Shown here: positions 1 to 7,880 of the stretch, one piece after another
Position numbering within the stretch: the stretch's first letter is position 1
How the letters are laid out: every line of letters begins with the position of its first letter
From: Candidatus Anoxychlamydiales bacterium
GTDB lineage: Bacteria; Chlamydiota; Chlamydiia; Chlamydiales; SM23-39
Direction of reading: 5' to 3'
Assembly (NCBI GenBank): GCA_011065045.1
Contig: JAAKFN010000003.1
Location: 1 to 41,900 of the forward strand
DNA: 41,900 nucleotides
Notes under the pieces: generated by a model
Told to the model about the DNA's origin: nothing
Database searches by the model: none
Seen by the model: only the letters and a program-made list of their open reading frames with translations
Made by a program: the position numbers and the translations under genes

Positions 1-342
1 CTAAAAAAGCTCGAAGGGTTAATTCATCCAAAAGTTTTAATTGAAATTGAGAAAGAGTATAATAGAGTTAAAAACAAAAACTTTGATTTTTTTGTCGTAG
101 AAATTCCGCTTCTTTTTGAAATAGGTTATCAGAGCTTTTTTGATATAGTGATAACCATAACCACAAAAGATATTATTGCAAAAAAAAGATATAAAGATAA
201 AGATTATACACTTCGAAAACAAAGACAACTCTCTGAGGTAAAAACAGAAAAATTATCAGATTTTGTAATCGAAAATAATCAAAATTTATCTGATTTAGAA
301 AAAAACATAAAAAAACTTTCAATAACCTTCAAAAAATTTTAA
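1..342 (+). CDS. coaE: Dephospho-CoA kinase, 3' part (truncated by window edge)
   Basis: Frame 1 is open from base 1: LKKLEGLIHPKV...VVEIPLLFE...FFDIVITI...SDFVIENNQNL, typical CoaE C-terminal motifs. Lies directly upstream of rho, as in chlamydial genomes. Confidence 0.9.
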   Translation, partial: LKKLEGLIHPKVLIEIEKEYNRVKNKNFDFFVVEIPLLFEIGYQSFFDIVITITTKDIIAKKRYKDKDYTLRKQRQLSEVKTEKLSDFVIENNQNLSDLEKNIKKLSITFKKF

Positions 343-357
343 TAGGAGAAATCTTTC

Positions 358-1668
358 ATGAATGAAGAAAAAGCTGATCGAACTAACTCTGGAACGCAAA
401 ATACCATAAAAAAAGTAACAAAAGTATCAGAACTTCAGAGAATGCATGTAGATCAATTACAAGAATACGGCAGATCTATTGGTCTTCAAAATTTAGGATC
501 TTTAACAAAATCCCAAGTAGTTTTTGAAATTGTAAAAGCAATTTCTTCAAAACCTGAAGAAGTCTTATTTGCAGAAGGAGTTTTAGAAGTCTTGCCAGAT
601 GGTTTTGGTTTTTTAAGATCTCCTAATTATAACTACTTACCTTCCGCTGAAGATATTTATATATCTCCTGCACAAATCAGAAGATTTGGATTAAAAAAGG
701 GAGACATATTGTATGGAACAATAAGAGCTCCAAAAGAAAAAGAAAAATACTTTGCTCTATTAAAAGTTGAATTGATCAATGAAAAAACTCCAGAAATTTT
801 AAAAGAGAGAGTTTTATTTGAAAACTTGACACCGCTTTATCCTGATAAAAGACTAATTATGGAAACTACAAAAGAAAAGCTATCGACAAGAGTATTGGAT
901 CTTGCAGCGCCTATTGGAAAAGGCCAAAGAGCAATGATCGTCTCTCCTCCAAAAGCTGGAAAAACAGTTCTGCTTCAAAACATAGCAAACTCAATAGAAC
1001 AAAATAATCCTGATATCTTTTTGATGGTTCTTTTAATTGATGAAAGACCTGAGGAAGTAACTGATATGATCAGAATCGTTAAAGGAGAAGTTATTTCTTC
1101 TACCTTTGATGAGCCACCAGAGAGACACGTTCAAATAGCTGACATGGTAATCGAAAAAGCGAAAAGACTAACAGAGAGTGGAAAAGATGTAGTCATTTTA
1201 TTAGATTCTTTAACAAGACTTGCAAGGGCATACAATACCGTACAACCACATAGCGGTAAAATCCTAACAGGTGGTATCGATGCTAATGCGCTACATAAAC
1301 CAAAAAGATTTTTTGGAGCAGCAAGAAATATAGAGCAAGGCGGATCACTCACTATTATAGCTACTGCTTTAGTGGATACTGGCTCTAGAATGGATGAAGT
1401 AATTTTCGAAGAGTTCAAAGGAACTGGAAATATGGAGCTTGTCTTGGATAGAAGACTCGCTGAAAGACGTATATTTCCTGCTATCGATATCATTAAAAGT
1501 GGAACAAGAAAAGAAGAGCTTTTATACCATCCAGATGAGTTAGAAAAAATGTATCTACTTAGACAAGGACTTGCTGATCTTACTCCAGTTGATGCTATGA
1601 ACTTACTATTATCTAGATTAAAAAAGACAAATAATAACACTGAATTTCTTTTATCTATGAAAGAATAA
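358..1668 (+). CDS. rho: Transcription termination factor Rho
   Basis: [18 protein letters not shown]-binding motif, PIGKGQR...PPKAGKT Walker [23 protein letters not shown]; RBS AGGAG upstream. Confidence 0.99.
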   Translation: MNEEKADRTNSGTQNTIKKVTKVSELQRMHVDQLQEYGRSIGLQNLGSLTKSQVVFEIVKAISSKPEEVLFAEGVLEVLPDGFGFLRSPNYNYLPSAEDIYISPAQIRRFGLKKGDILYGTIRAPKEKEKYFALLKVELINEKTPEILKERVLFENLTPLYPDKRLIMETTKEKLSTRVLDLAAPIGKGQRAMIVSPPKAGKTVLLQNIANSIEQNNPDIFLMVLLIDERPEEVTDMIRIVKGEVISSTFDEPPERHVQIADMVIEKAKRLTESGKDVVILLDSLTRLARAYNTVQPHSGKILTGGIDANALHKPKRFFGAARNIEQGGSLTIIATALVDTGSRMDEVIFEEFKGTGNMELVLDRRLAERRIFPAIDIIKSGTRKEELLYHPDELEKMYLLRQGLADLTPVDAMNLLLSRLKKTNNNTEFLLSMKE

Positions 1669-1719
1669 ATTTAAAAGTTAATATGAAATTTAGGAGAGCT
1701 TAAATTTATGGATTAAAGT

Positions 1720-2556
1720 ATGCGGCTGCTTTCTATTGTTACGTCTTTTATATTTATAATTTTTATTGGATCATGGATTTGGTTTAATTATCCGGAAGCT
1801 AGAGTTTATATCTATGATTTCATTTCTAGAAAAAAGTTTAATACTTTAGAAGTTAGATATTCTGCAGAAAATATCATGGAAGCTCACAGACATGAGCTTT
1901 TAAAAGATGCTTCTCACAGTTTTTTAGAGCCTGATCTAAAGTTCCATCCATACCTTTTAATGGAAGTAAAATATAACCGCACGCAAGATAAAACTGGAGA
2001 GGGAATAATTTTATGGAGTTTAACAGACGGTGAGATGGTGATAAACACATCTACTTGGGATATGTCTCATGGTTTTAAAGACTGTATTAGAGCAGGCGCT
2101 GACAAAGATGATTTTAAAATTATAAATACCTTAGTATCCAGAGGGGGTTTATTAGATAGAGAGACTCTCTCTAAGATCTTAAACGTTGAAAATGATCTTT
2201 TAGATCAATGGATAGAAAACTGTAGAAGAAAAAATCTAATCGTTCAAAGCGGCAATAATTATAGACTTCATTTTCAAAGCCCTAGACTGCAAGTAATACC
2301 TGAGACTAGGATCGATCAATCTATTGTCTCAAAAGCAGGTAGATATGCAGCTAGAATCTCTAAAAAATTTAGACCATCTCAAATAGAGGGTCTTGCTAGA
2401 TCAGCTTTTGGAAATGATTTTGCAATCAAAAATAAAACTGAGATTTTTCTGCCCGTTTATAGCATAGTTGTTCAAAACCCTGATGGCTCTCTTACGACGA
2501 CATATTTCAATGCTTTAAATGGCAAAAAACTCTCTCAGTCACATCATATTGAATAA
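1720..2556 (+). CDS. Conserved chlamydial hypothetical protein with N-terminal membrane anchor
   Basis: 278-aa ORF with hydrophobic N-terminus, in the position after rho that a conserved hypothetical occupies in Chlamydiae (recalled synteny). Confidence 0.8.
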   Translation: MRLLSIVTSFIFIIFIGSWIWFNYPEARVYIYDFISRKKFNTLEVRYSAENIMEAHRHELLKDASHSFLEPDLKFHPYLLMEVKYNRTQDKTGEGIILWSLTDGEMVINTSTWDMSHGFKDCIRAGADKDDFKIINTLVSRGGLLDRETLSKILNVENDLLDQWIENCRRKNLIVQSGNNYRLHFQSPRLQVIPETRIDQSIVSKAGRYAARISKKFRPSQIEGLARSAFGNDFAIKNKTEIFLPVYSIVVQNPDGSLTTTYFNALNGKKLSQSHHIE

Positions 2557-2615
2557 AATAAGATAAATCCTTCATAATACTTTCTTTTAAATTCTAAAAA
2601 AATAGAGGTTTTCTC

Positions 2616-3134
2616 ATGCTTTTGAACACAAAAAAATACTTTTCTGTATTGTTAATATTTATTTTTCCCTTGGTTTTATTTGGACATCACAATAAAACCA
2701 TCTCTACAGAAGATTTTAAAAACATTTGGCATCTTGATTATAAAGAAGATTCTTCCACATCATCAATCTTTGAATGGACTAAAGCAGATGAAAATGTATA
2801 TAATTGGACTGAATTAATTTCAGCACACATTTTCAAAACACCTTTTTACAAAGCAATATATTGTAGAGAGTGGTTATCGCTAATAAAAAATAAAATTCCC
2901 AAGAAACTCTGGAATGAACAAATTATTTTCGAAGATCAAAATAGCATTTTTTTAACCTGGGCAATCTCTCCTCCAAGTCCAAGAGCAGAAAACGAATGGG
3001 CAAAAATAATTGAGACTGAAAAAGGACTTTTTTTAGTAAGGTACACGGTAAAACCCAACGTTAAAGCAGACCAAAAATGGATTGATTTTGTAAAAAACGC
3101 TCTATATGAAAATAATTTTTTGACAAGTGAATGA
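2616..3134 (+). CDS. Hypothetical exported protein
   Basis: 172-aa ORF with signal-peptide-like N-terminus (KKYFSVLLIFIFPLVLFG); Trp-rich. Confidence 0.7.
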   Translation: MLLNTKKYFSVLLIFIFPLVLFGHHNKTISTEDFKNIWHLDYKEDSSTSSIFEWTKADENVYNWTELISAHIFKTPFYKAIYCREWLSLIKNKIPKKLWNEQIIFEDQNSIFLTWAISPPSPRAENEWAKIIETEKGLFLVRYTVKPNVKADQKWIDFVKNALYENNFLTSE

Positions 3135-3135
3135 T

Positions 3136-3164
3136 TTGCTCTAAAATAGAAAACACCGTATTAT
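3136..3164 (+). promoter_or_regulatory. Sigma66/sigma70-type promoter for tRNA-Ser
   Basis: TTGCTC-N17-TATTAT ending 15 nt before the tRNA. Confidence 0.55.
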
Positions 3165-3179
3165 TTAAGTAGTTTTTCA

Positions 3180-3266
3180 GGAAAGATGGCTGAGTGGCCG
3201 AAAGCACGTCCCTGCTAAGGACGCATACCCGCAAGGGTATCGAGGGTTCGAATCCCTCTCTTTCCG
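3180..3266 (+). tRNA. tRNA-Ser(GCT)
   Basis: Acceptor stem GGAAAGA/TCTTTCC, D-arm GCTGAGTGGCCGAAAGC, anticodon arm CGTCC-CTGCTAA-GGACG, long variable arm ATACCC-GCAA-GGGTAT, T-arm GAGGG-TTCGAAT-CCCTC, discriminator G; CCA not encoded. Confidence 0.97.
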
Positions 3267-3448
3267 TTTAGATCAATTAAATTTAAGAGACCGATATCAA
3301 TTTTGGAGACTGATTTAAAAAAAATTATAGAAGATTACAAAATCATAAAAAACTCTAAATAATTTACAAAATGCAACATTGCTGAAAAAGCAAGATTTTT
3401 ATATATTTGTTTTTTTGGTATTGAAATCTATTTCTGCGGAGGCAATAC

Positions 3449-3886
3449 ATGATAGATATCGTGGCAGCGATCGAGGCAATTAAAATTTCCATAAATTGCG
3501 TAAAAGTTGTTTCAGAAGGACTAAAAGCGATCAAGGAAGTAGATCAGAAATTGGACTTTCTCGAGATGAAACAGCAACTTGTGAAACTTACTGAGAATTT
3601 GCTAAATGCAGAAGAAAAAATTTACGAATTAGATACTAAGCTCTCCCTACAGCAGAGCATAGAACATCAATCTGATGGAAATATCATGTGGATAATCAAG
3701 GAACTGAAAAGATCTGGTCCATATTGTTCAACATGTTTCGGAGATGAAGGAAAGACTATCACCCTTAATGACAATGGGGATGGCTCTTGGAACTGTCCTA
3801 AATGTAAAAATCACTTTCATACCAAGCAATGGAGACAAGATCAGGACGAAAAGCATCGGCGCATCAAGAGATTGTATAAGGTATAA
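3449..3886 (+). CDS. Hypothetical coiled-coil plus Zn-ribbon protein of phage/mobile-element type
   Basis: GGAGG RBS; N-terminal helix and coiled coil, then GPYCSTC...WNCPKC (two CxxC); visibly more GC-rich than flanks; downstream of a tRNA. Confidence 0.8.
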   Translation: MIDIVAAIEAIKISINCVKVVSEGLKAIKEVDQKLDFLEMKQQLVKLTENLLNAEEKIYELDTKLSLQQSIEHQSDGNIMWIIKELKRSGPYCSTCFGDEGKTITLNDNGDGSWNCPKCKNHFHTKQWRQDQDEKHRRIKRLYKV

Positions 3887-3947
3887 ATTATCTGATAGTT
3901 TTGACCATTCAAAAGTTCTGAATGCGTCTCTCCACCTCCATTCAGAC

Positions 3948-4088
3948 TTAAATCTTACCTTTTGTAAATAAATGGACTTTAACTATTTCCATTTTGGAAA
4001 TAGTTACCTCTTCCGTCAGCTCTTTGCTTGCATAAATCATCACGGATATTTTGAATAACGTGATAATTACCAAACATTTTTTTATCAT
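3948..4088 (-). pseudogene. 46-aa ORF containing a RhuM-like fragment
   Basis: MIKKCLVIITLFKISVMIYASKELTEEVTISKMEIVKVHLFTKGKI. IY-x3-EL-x-EE-x-TISKMEIV resembles the RhuM/virulence-protein motif and is encoded by a 12-bp perfect inverted repeat. Confidence 0.4.
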
Positions 4089-4205
4089 TTGTCTGACAAA
4101 TAACATAAATACTATTTTCTACATTTTAATATTTGTGTATTTTTTCTTTTTTAAGAATTTTTTTTTCTGTTACTCTAAAAAGTAATCTAACCCTTTTAAA
4201 AAAAT

Positions 4206-6065
4206 ATGGCAAAAAAAAGCATTAAAGTAAAAACAGCACCTAACTCAAAAGAATCTGAAATGATGGTTTTAGGATGCGCACTCACCTCTGTAAATAGTTT
4301 AAATACAGCAGCGGATAATTTAGATGACACTGACTTTTATTACACCGAGCATAAAAAGATATTTAAAGTATTAAAAGAGGCTTATAAAAAAGATAGGCCC
4401 TGTGATATCCATATCGTAGCTGAAGAGCTAAAAAGGCTAGATATTTTAGATGATGTTGGAGGAGTTGCATATCTTACAACACTTGCGCAATTTGCAGGAA
4501 CTAGTGCATACATCGAAGAGTATGTACAGATCGTAAAAGATAAATCTCTTCTTCGAAAAATGTTAGATGCAACAGATATAATCGAAAAAAATGTTCTATT
4601 AGAACCTGAAGATGTAAAAAATACTTTAGATGATGCACAAAACAAATTTTTTCAAATCTCACAAAGTGTAAATTCCCATCAACATCTTCAGATAAAAGAT
4701 ATTTTATCAGGTCTAAAATCAGAGAGTGGTATTCCTTATTTAAAAGAACTTCAAGAAAAACAAGAAAAGTTTTTGCAAAGAGGCCCTGATGATTCTAAAA
4801 TAACTGGTATTTCTACACATTTTTTAGATTTAGATAATATGATAAATGGATTCTCTAAATCCAATTTCATGATCTTAGCAGCTCGCCCTGCCATGGGAAA
4901 AACAGCTCTAGCTCTAAATATAGCTGAAAACGTCTGTTTTAAAAATAACAAATCAGTTGGAATGTTTTCATTAGAGATGACAGCTGAGCAGATATTACAT
5001 AGAATCCTCTGCTCTCAATCAGAGGTAGAATCAGAAAAAATAAAAACAGGATCATTGGATGGAAGTGAATATCAAAAGATTGTATCTTGTGTAAATTCCA
5101 TCCAAAAAAAACCATTTATCATTGATGATCAACCATCTTTAAAAATCACAGATCTTCGAGCAAGAGCAAGAAGAATGAAAGAAGCTTTTGACATAGATTT
5201 TTTAGTTATAGATTATCTACAATTACTCTCCGGTTCTGGACATCTTCGCTCTTTAGAAAATAGACAAAATGAAGTTTCTGAAATTTCTCGTATGCTTAAA
5301 AATTTAGCAAGAGAGCTAAATATTCCAATTCTTTGTTTATCTCAGTTATCTAGAAGGGTTGAAGAGAGAACAGGTCATCGGCCTATGATGAGTGATCTAA
5401 GAGAATCCGGATGTCTAAGCTCAGACACTCAAATAATAGATGCTGATACAGGGAAGCCTTATACTATAAAAGAACTAGCAGAGAGAAAAAATCAAAAACC
5501 AATTAATGTTTTAGGAATAGATAAAGACTTAAAGATAAAAAAAAGAAAAATGACAAAAGTTTTTTATTCAGGAAAAAAACAAGTTTTCAAATTAAAGACT
5601 AAATCGGGTAGAGAAATCAAAGCAAGTGCTAATCATCCATTTTTAAAACAAGAAGGCTGGGTAAATTTAGAAAATTTAAACATAAACGATAAGATAGCAA
5701 CTCCTGAAAACACAAAAGTAAATTGGGACGAAATAAAATCCATAGAAAAACTCCAAGTTGAAGATGTATATGATGCTACTGTCGAAGAAGTTCATAATTT
5801 TGTCGCAAACGGCATTATTGTTCATAATAGTTTAGAGCAAGATAGTGATTTAGTGTTTTTCTTGCTTAGACGTGAATATTACGATCCATATGACAAACCA
5901 GGACAAGCAGAGCTAATAGTTGCTAAAAATAGACATGGCGCTGTTGGATCTGTGAATCTTTCCTTTAGAAAAGAGATAGCTCGTTTTGAGAACTATACAC
6001 CGCTTCATACAACTGAGATAGAAGATCAGGCGGATACCTTTGCCGAATATCCTACCGATAATTGA
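4206..6065 (+). CDS. dnaB: Replicative DNA helicase DnaB, intein-containing precursor
   Basis: ILAARPAMGKT Walker A, FSLEMT, VIDYLQL, LSQLSR; the conserved SDLRESG-SLEQDSD motif is split by an intein. Confidence 0.99.
   Translation: MAKKSIKVKTAPNSKESEMMVLGCALTSVNSLNTAADNLDDTDFYYTEHKKIFKVLKEAYKKDRPCDIHIVAEELKRLDILDDVGGVAYLTTLAQFAGTSAYIEEYVQIVKDKSLLRKMLDATDIIEKNVLLEPEDVKNTLDDAQNKFFQISQSVNSHQHLQIKDILSGLKSESGIPYLKELQEKQEKFLQRGPDDSKITGISTHFLDLDNMINGFSKSNFMILAARPAMGKTALALNIAENVCFKNNKSVGMFSLEMTAEQILHRILCSQSEVESEKIKTGSLDGSEYQKIVSCVNSIQKKPFIIDDQPSLKITDLRARARRMKEAFDIDFLVIDYLQLLSGSGHLRSLENRQNEVSEISRMLKNLARELNIPILCLSQLSRRVEERTGHRPMMSDLRESGCLSSDTQIIDADTGKPYTIKELAERKNQKPINVLGIDKDLKIKKRKMTKVFYSGKKQVFKLKTKSGREIKASANHPFLKQEGWVNLENLNINDKIATPENTKVNWDEIKSIEKLQVEDVYDATVEEVHNFVANGIIVHNSLEQDSDLVFFLLRREYYDPYDKPGQAELIVAKNRHGAVGSVNLSFRKEIARFENYTPLHTTEIEDQADTFAEYPTDN
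5412..5828 (+). mobile_element. Mini-intein (139 aa, no homing endonuclease) in DnaB
   Basis: In-frame insertion RESG|CLSSDTQI...KASANHPFL...VYDATVEEVHNFVANGIIVHN|SLEQD with Cys1, block B His, block F Asp, terminal His-Asn and Ser+1; no LAGLIDADG blocks. Confidence 0.97.
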
Positions 6066-6151
6066 GATCAAAGAGTTAACTAAAAAGCTTGAATTTACTG
6101 GGATTTTTCGATTAATTCGCAACACATTCTACATTAGATGCTTACATTTAT

Positions 6152-6245
6152 AACAACATTTATTCGTACGAATAAATGTTGTTGGCAACACTTTTTGGTA
6201 CGAATAAGTGTTGATAAACCCATTTTTTGGTACGAATAAATGTAA
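6152..6245. repeat. Three imperfect palindromic direct repeats with 32-bp period
   Basis: Core GTACGAATAA starts at 6166, 6198 and 6230. The first unit is a perfect 32-bp palindrome AACAACATTTATTCGT|ACGAATAAATGTTGTT (6152-6183). Confidence 0.9.
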
Positions 6246-6266
6246 TAATCTGATAAAATCAAGATT

Positions 6267-7568
6267 ATGAAAAGAAAAGCTTTAAAAAATCTTTATACCT
6301 GGAAAAACCAACTTAAAAGAAAACCTTTGCTTCTTATGGGAGCTAGGCAAGTGGGCAAGACATTTTTATTAAAGCAATTTGGAGACGAAGAATATACAAA
6401 TACAATTTATCTTAATTTTGAAGATAATCCCAGGCTCTGCAAACTTTTTGATGAAAGTTTAGACCCTAAAATAATATTGAAATCTTTGAGAATTGAAATG
6501 AACTCTGAAATAATAGAAGGAAAAACCCTTCTAATTTTTGACGAAATTCAAGAATGTCCAAACGCACTAAATAGTCTCAAGTATTTTTATGAAAATGCTC
6601 CTAAGCAGCATATTGTTGCAGCTGGATCTTTACTTGGGGTTAAACTAGCCCACGTAAAAGGTTTCCCTGTAGGGAAGGTTCAATTTTTGACATTATATCC
6701 TTTAAGTTTTTTAGAATTTCTTGAAGCTTTAAAAGAAACTCGAATAAAAAATTTTATTGAAGAGCTAAAAAACATAGAGCCTCTACCTTTGAATTTGCAC
6801 GAAAAACTATTAACATATTTCAAAGAATATTTATTTATTGGGGGAATGCCAGAAGCCATTGTTGAATATATAGATTCACAAAATTTTTCTAAAGTACGAG
6901 AGATTCAAAATAATATTTTGAAAGCATACAGTTTAGATTTTGCTAAACATGCTCCTAAAGAGCATATTATGAAAATTAACCAAGTGTGGACCTCTATACC
7001 TAATCAATTAGCAAAGGAAAATAAAAAATTCATTTATTCTGCAATTCGCACAGGAGCAAGAGCAAAAGATTTTGAAGTTGCCCTGCAATGGCTAGTTGAA
7101 GCTGGATTGATCAATAAGACTTCTTTGATTAGCACTCCAAAAATTCCTCTCTTGGCTTATGCAAACTTAAATGTTTTTAAAATTTATCTAGTTGACGTGG
7201 GTTTACTTGGCGCTATGATCAACCTTTCCGCCAAAACTCTCATTCATGAAAATGAGCTTTTTCAAGAGTTTCGGGGTTCTTTAGCAGAAAATTATATCGC
7301 ACAAGAACTTGTGCATAGCCATTATTCCTTGTTTTATTGGACCAGTGAAGGCAAGGCAGAACTAGATTTTATTATAGAACAAGATGGTCTAATCTACCCT
7401 ATTGAAGTCAAATCAGGAAATTCTACGAAGAAAAAAAGCCTAAAAGTTTACAATGATACTTATCATCCAAAATTGTCAATTCGCTCCTCACCTAGAAATT
7501 TAAAAAAGGACGGTAATATTCTCAATTGCCCTTTATATCTCATAGAAAAGCTGCAATCATTACTATAG
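6267..7568 (+). CDS. AAA+ ATPase (AAA_14) with C-terminal DUF4143 domain
   Basis: GARQVGKT Walker A, LIFDEIQE Walker B, AAGSLLG, YLFIGGMPE, KIYLVDVGLL, C-terminal ELDF...PIEVKSG (PD-(D/E)xK-like). Confidence 0.93.
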   Translation: MKRKALKNLYTWKNQLKRKPLLLMGARQVGKTFLLKQFGDEEYTNTIYLNFEDNPRLCKLFDESLDPKIILKSLRIEMNSEIIEGKTLLIFDEIQECPNALNSLKYFYENAPKQHIVAAGSLLGVKLAHVKGFPVGKVQFLTLYPLSFLEFLEALKETRIKNFIEELKNIEPLPLNLHEKLLTYFKEYLFIGGMPEAIVEYIDSQNFSKVREIQNNILKAYSLDFAKHAPKEHIMKINQVWTSIPNQLAKENKKFIYSAIRTGARAKDFEVALQWLVEAGLINKTSLISTPKIPLLAYANLNVFKIYLVDVGLLGAMINLSAKTLIHENELFQEFRGSLAENYIAQELVHSHYSLFYWTSEGKAELDFIIEQDGLIYPIEVKSGNSTKKKSLKVYNDTYHPKLSIRSSPRNLKKDGNILNCPLYLIEKLQSLL

Positions 7569-7758
7569 ACCGCAGGACATCCCAAATTCCAAAATTTAAT
7601 TTTAATGGTACCTTCTTTAGGATTTGAATTTAATGTGCAATCAATTCAAAAAGTTTGTTAATCATTTGTAAAACAATTTTTACAAAATTAATTTTTTGAG
7701 CTATTTACTTTTTATTAATATTGCTATATGATGTTTAACTTATTAAAGCAGGAATACT

Positions 7759-7851
7759 ATGGCCTCAGTAAAAAAGAAAAGAAAAGCAAAGATCGCAAAA
7801 CACAAAAGAAAAAAAAGAAGAAGACGCGATCGTCATAAGAAAAAGAAATAA
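7759..7851 (+). CDS. Small basic AURKAIP1/COX24-domain protein (bS22/mS38-like), 30 aa; absent from ORF track
   Basis: MASVKKKRKAKIAKHKRKKRRRRDRHKKKK with AGGA RBS; matches the SVxKKRxxKxxKHKxxK signature; directly upstream of mnmG. Confidence 0.88.
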   Translation: MASVKKKRKAKIAKHKRKKRRRRDRHKKKK

Positions 7852-7880
7852 AAATTTTATTTTAATCTAAAATATCTTTT

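Noticed and set aside
37-228. Minus-strand 63-aa ORF, and the 148-342 ORF as a separate gene
   Set aside because: The first is antisense to coaE; the second is the tail of the coaE frame, which is open from base 1.
1131-1640. 169-aa antisense ORF in rho, and similar shadow ORFs within dnaB, mnmG, sdhA, the tpsA genes, tatD and the TPR/vWA genes
   Set aside because: They overlap well-supported genes, have no recognisable motifs and are explained by codon bias on the coding strand.
3744-3971. 75-aa ORF overlapping the Zn-ribbon gene
   Set aside because: Alternate-frame overlap with no RBS or motif.
6152-6245. Possible mini-CRISPR array
   Set aside because: Units abut with a 32-bp period, leaving no unique spacers, and there are no cas genes in the window.
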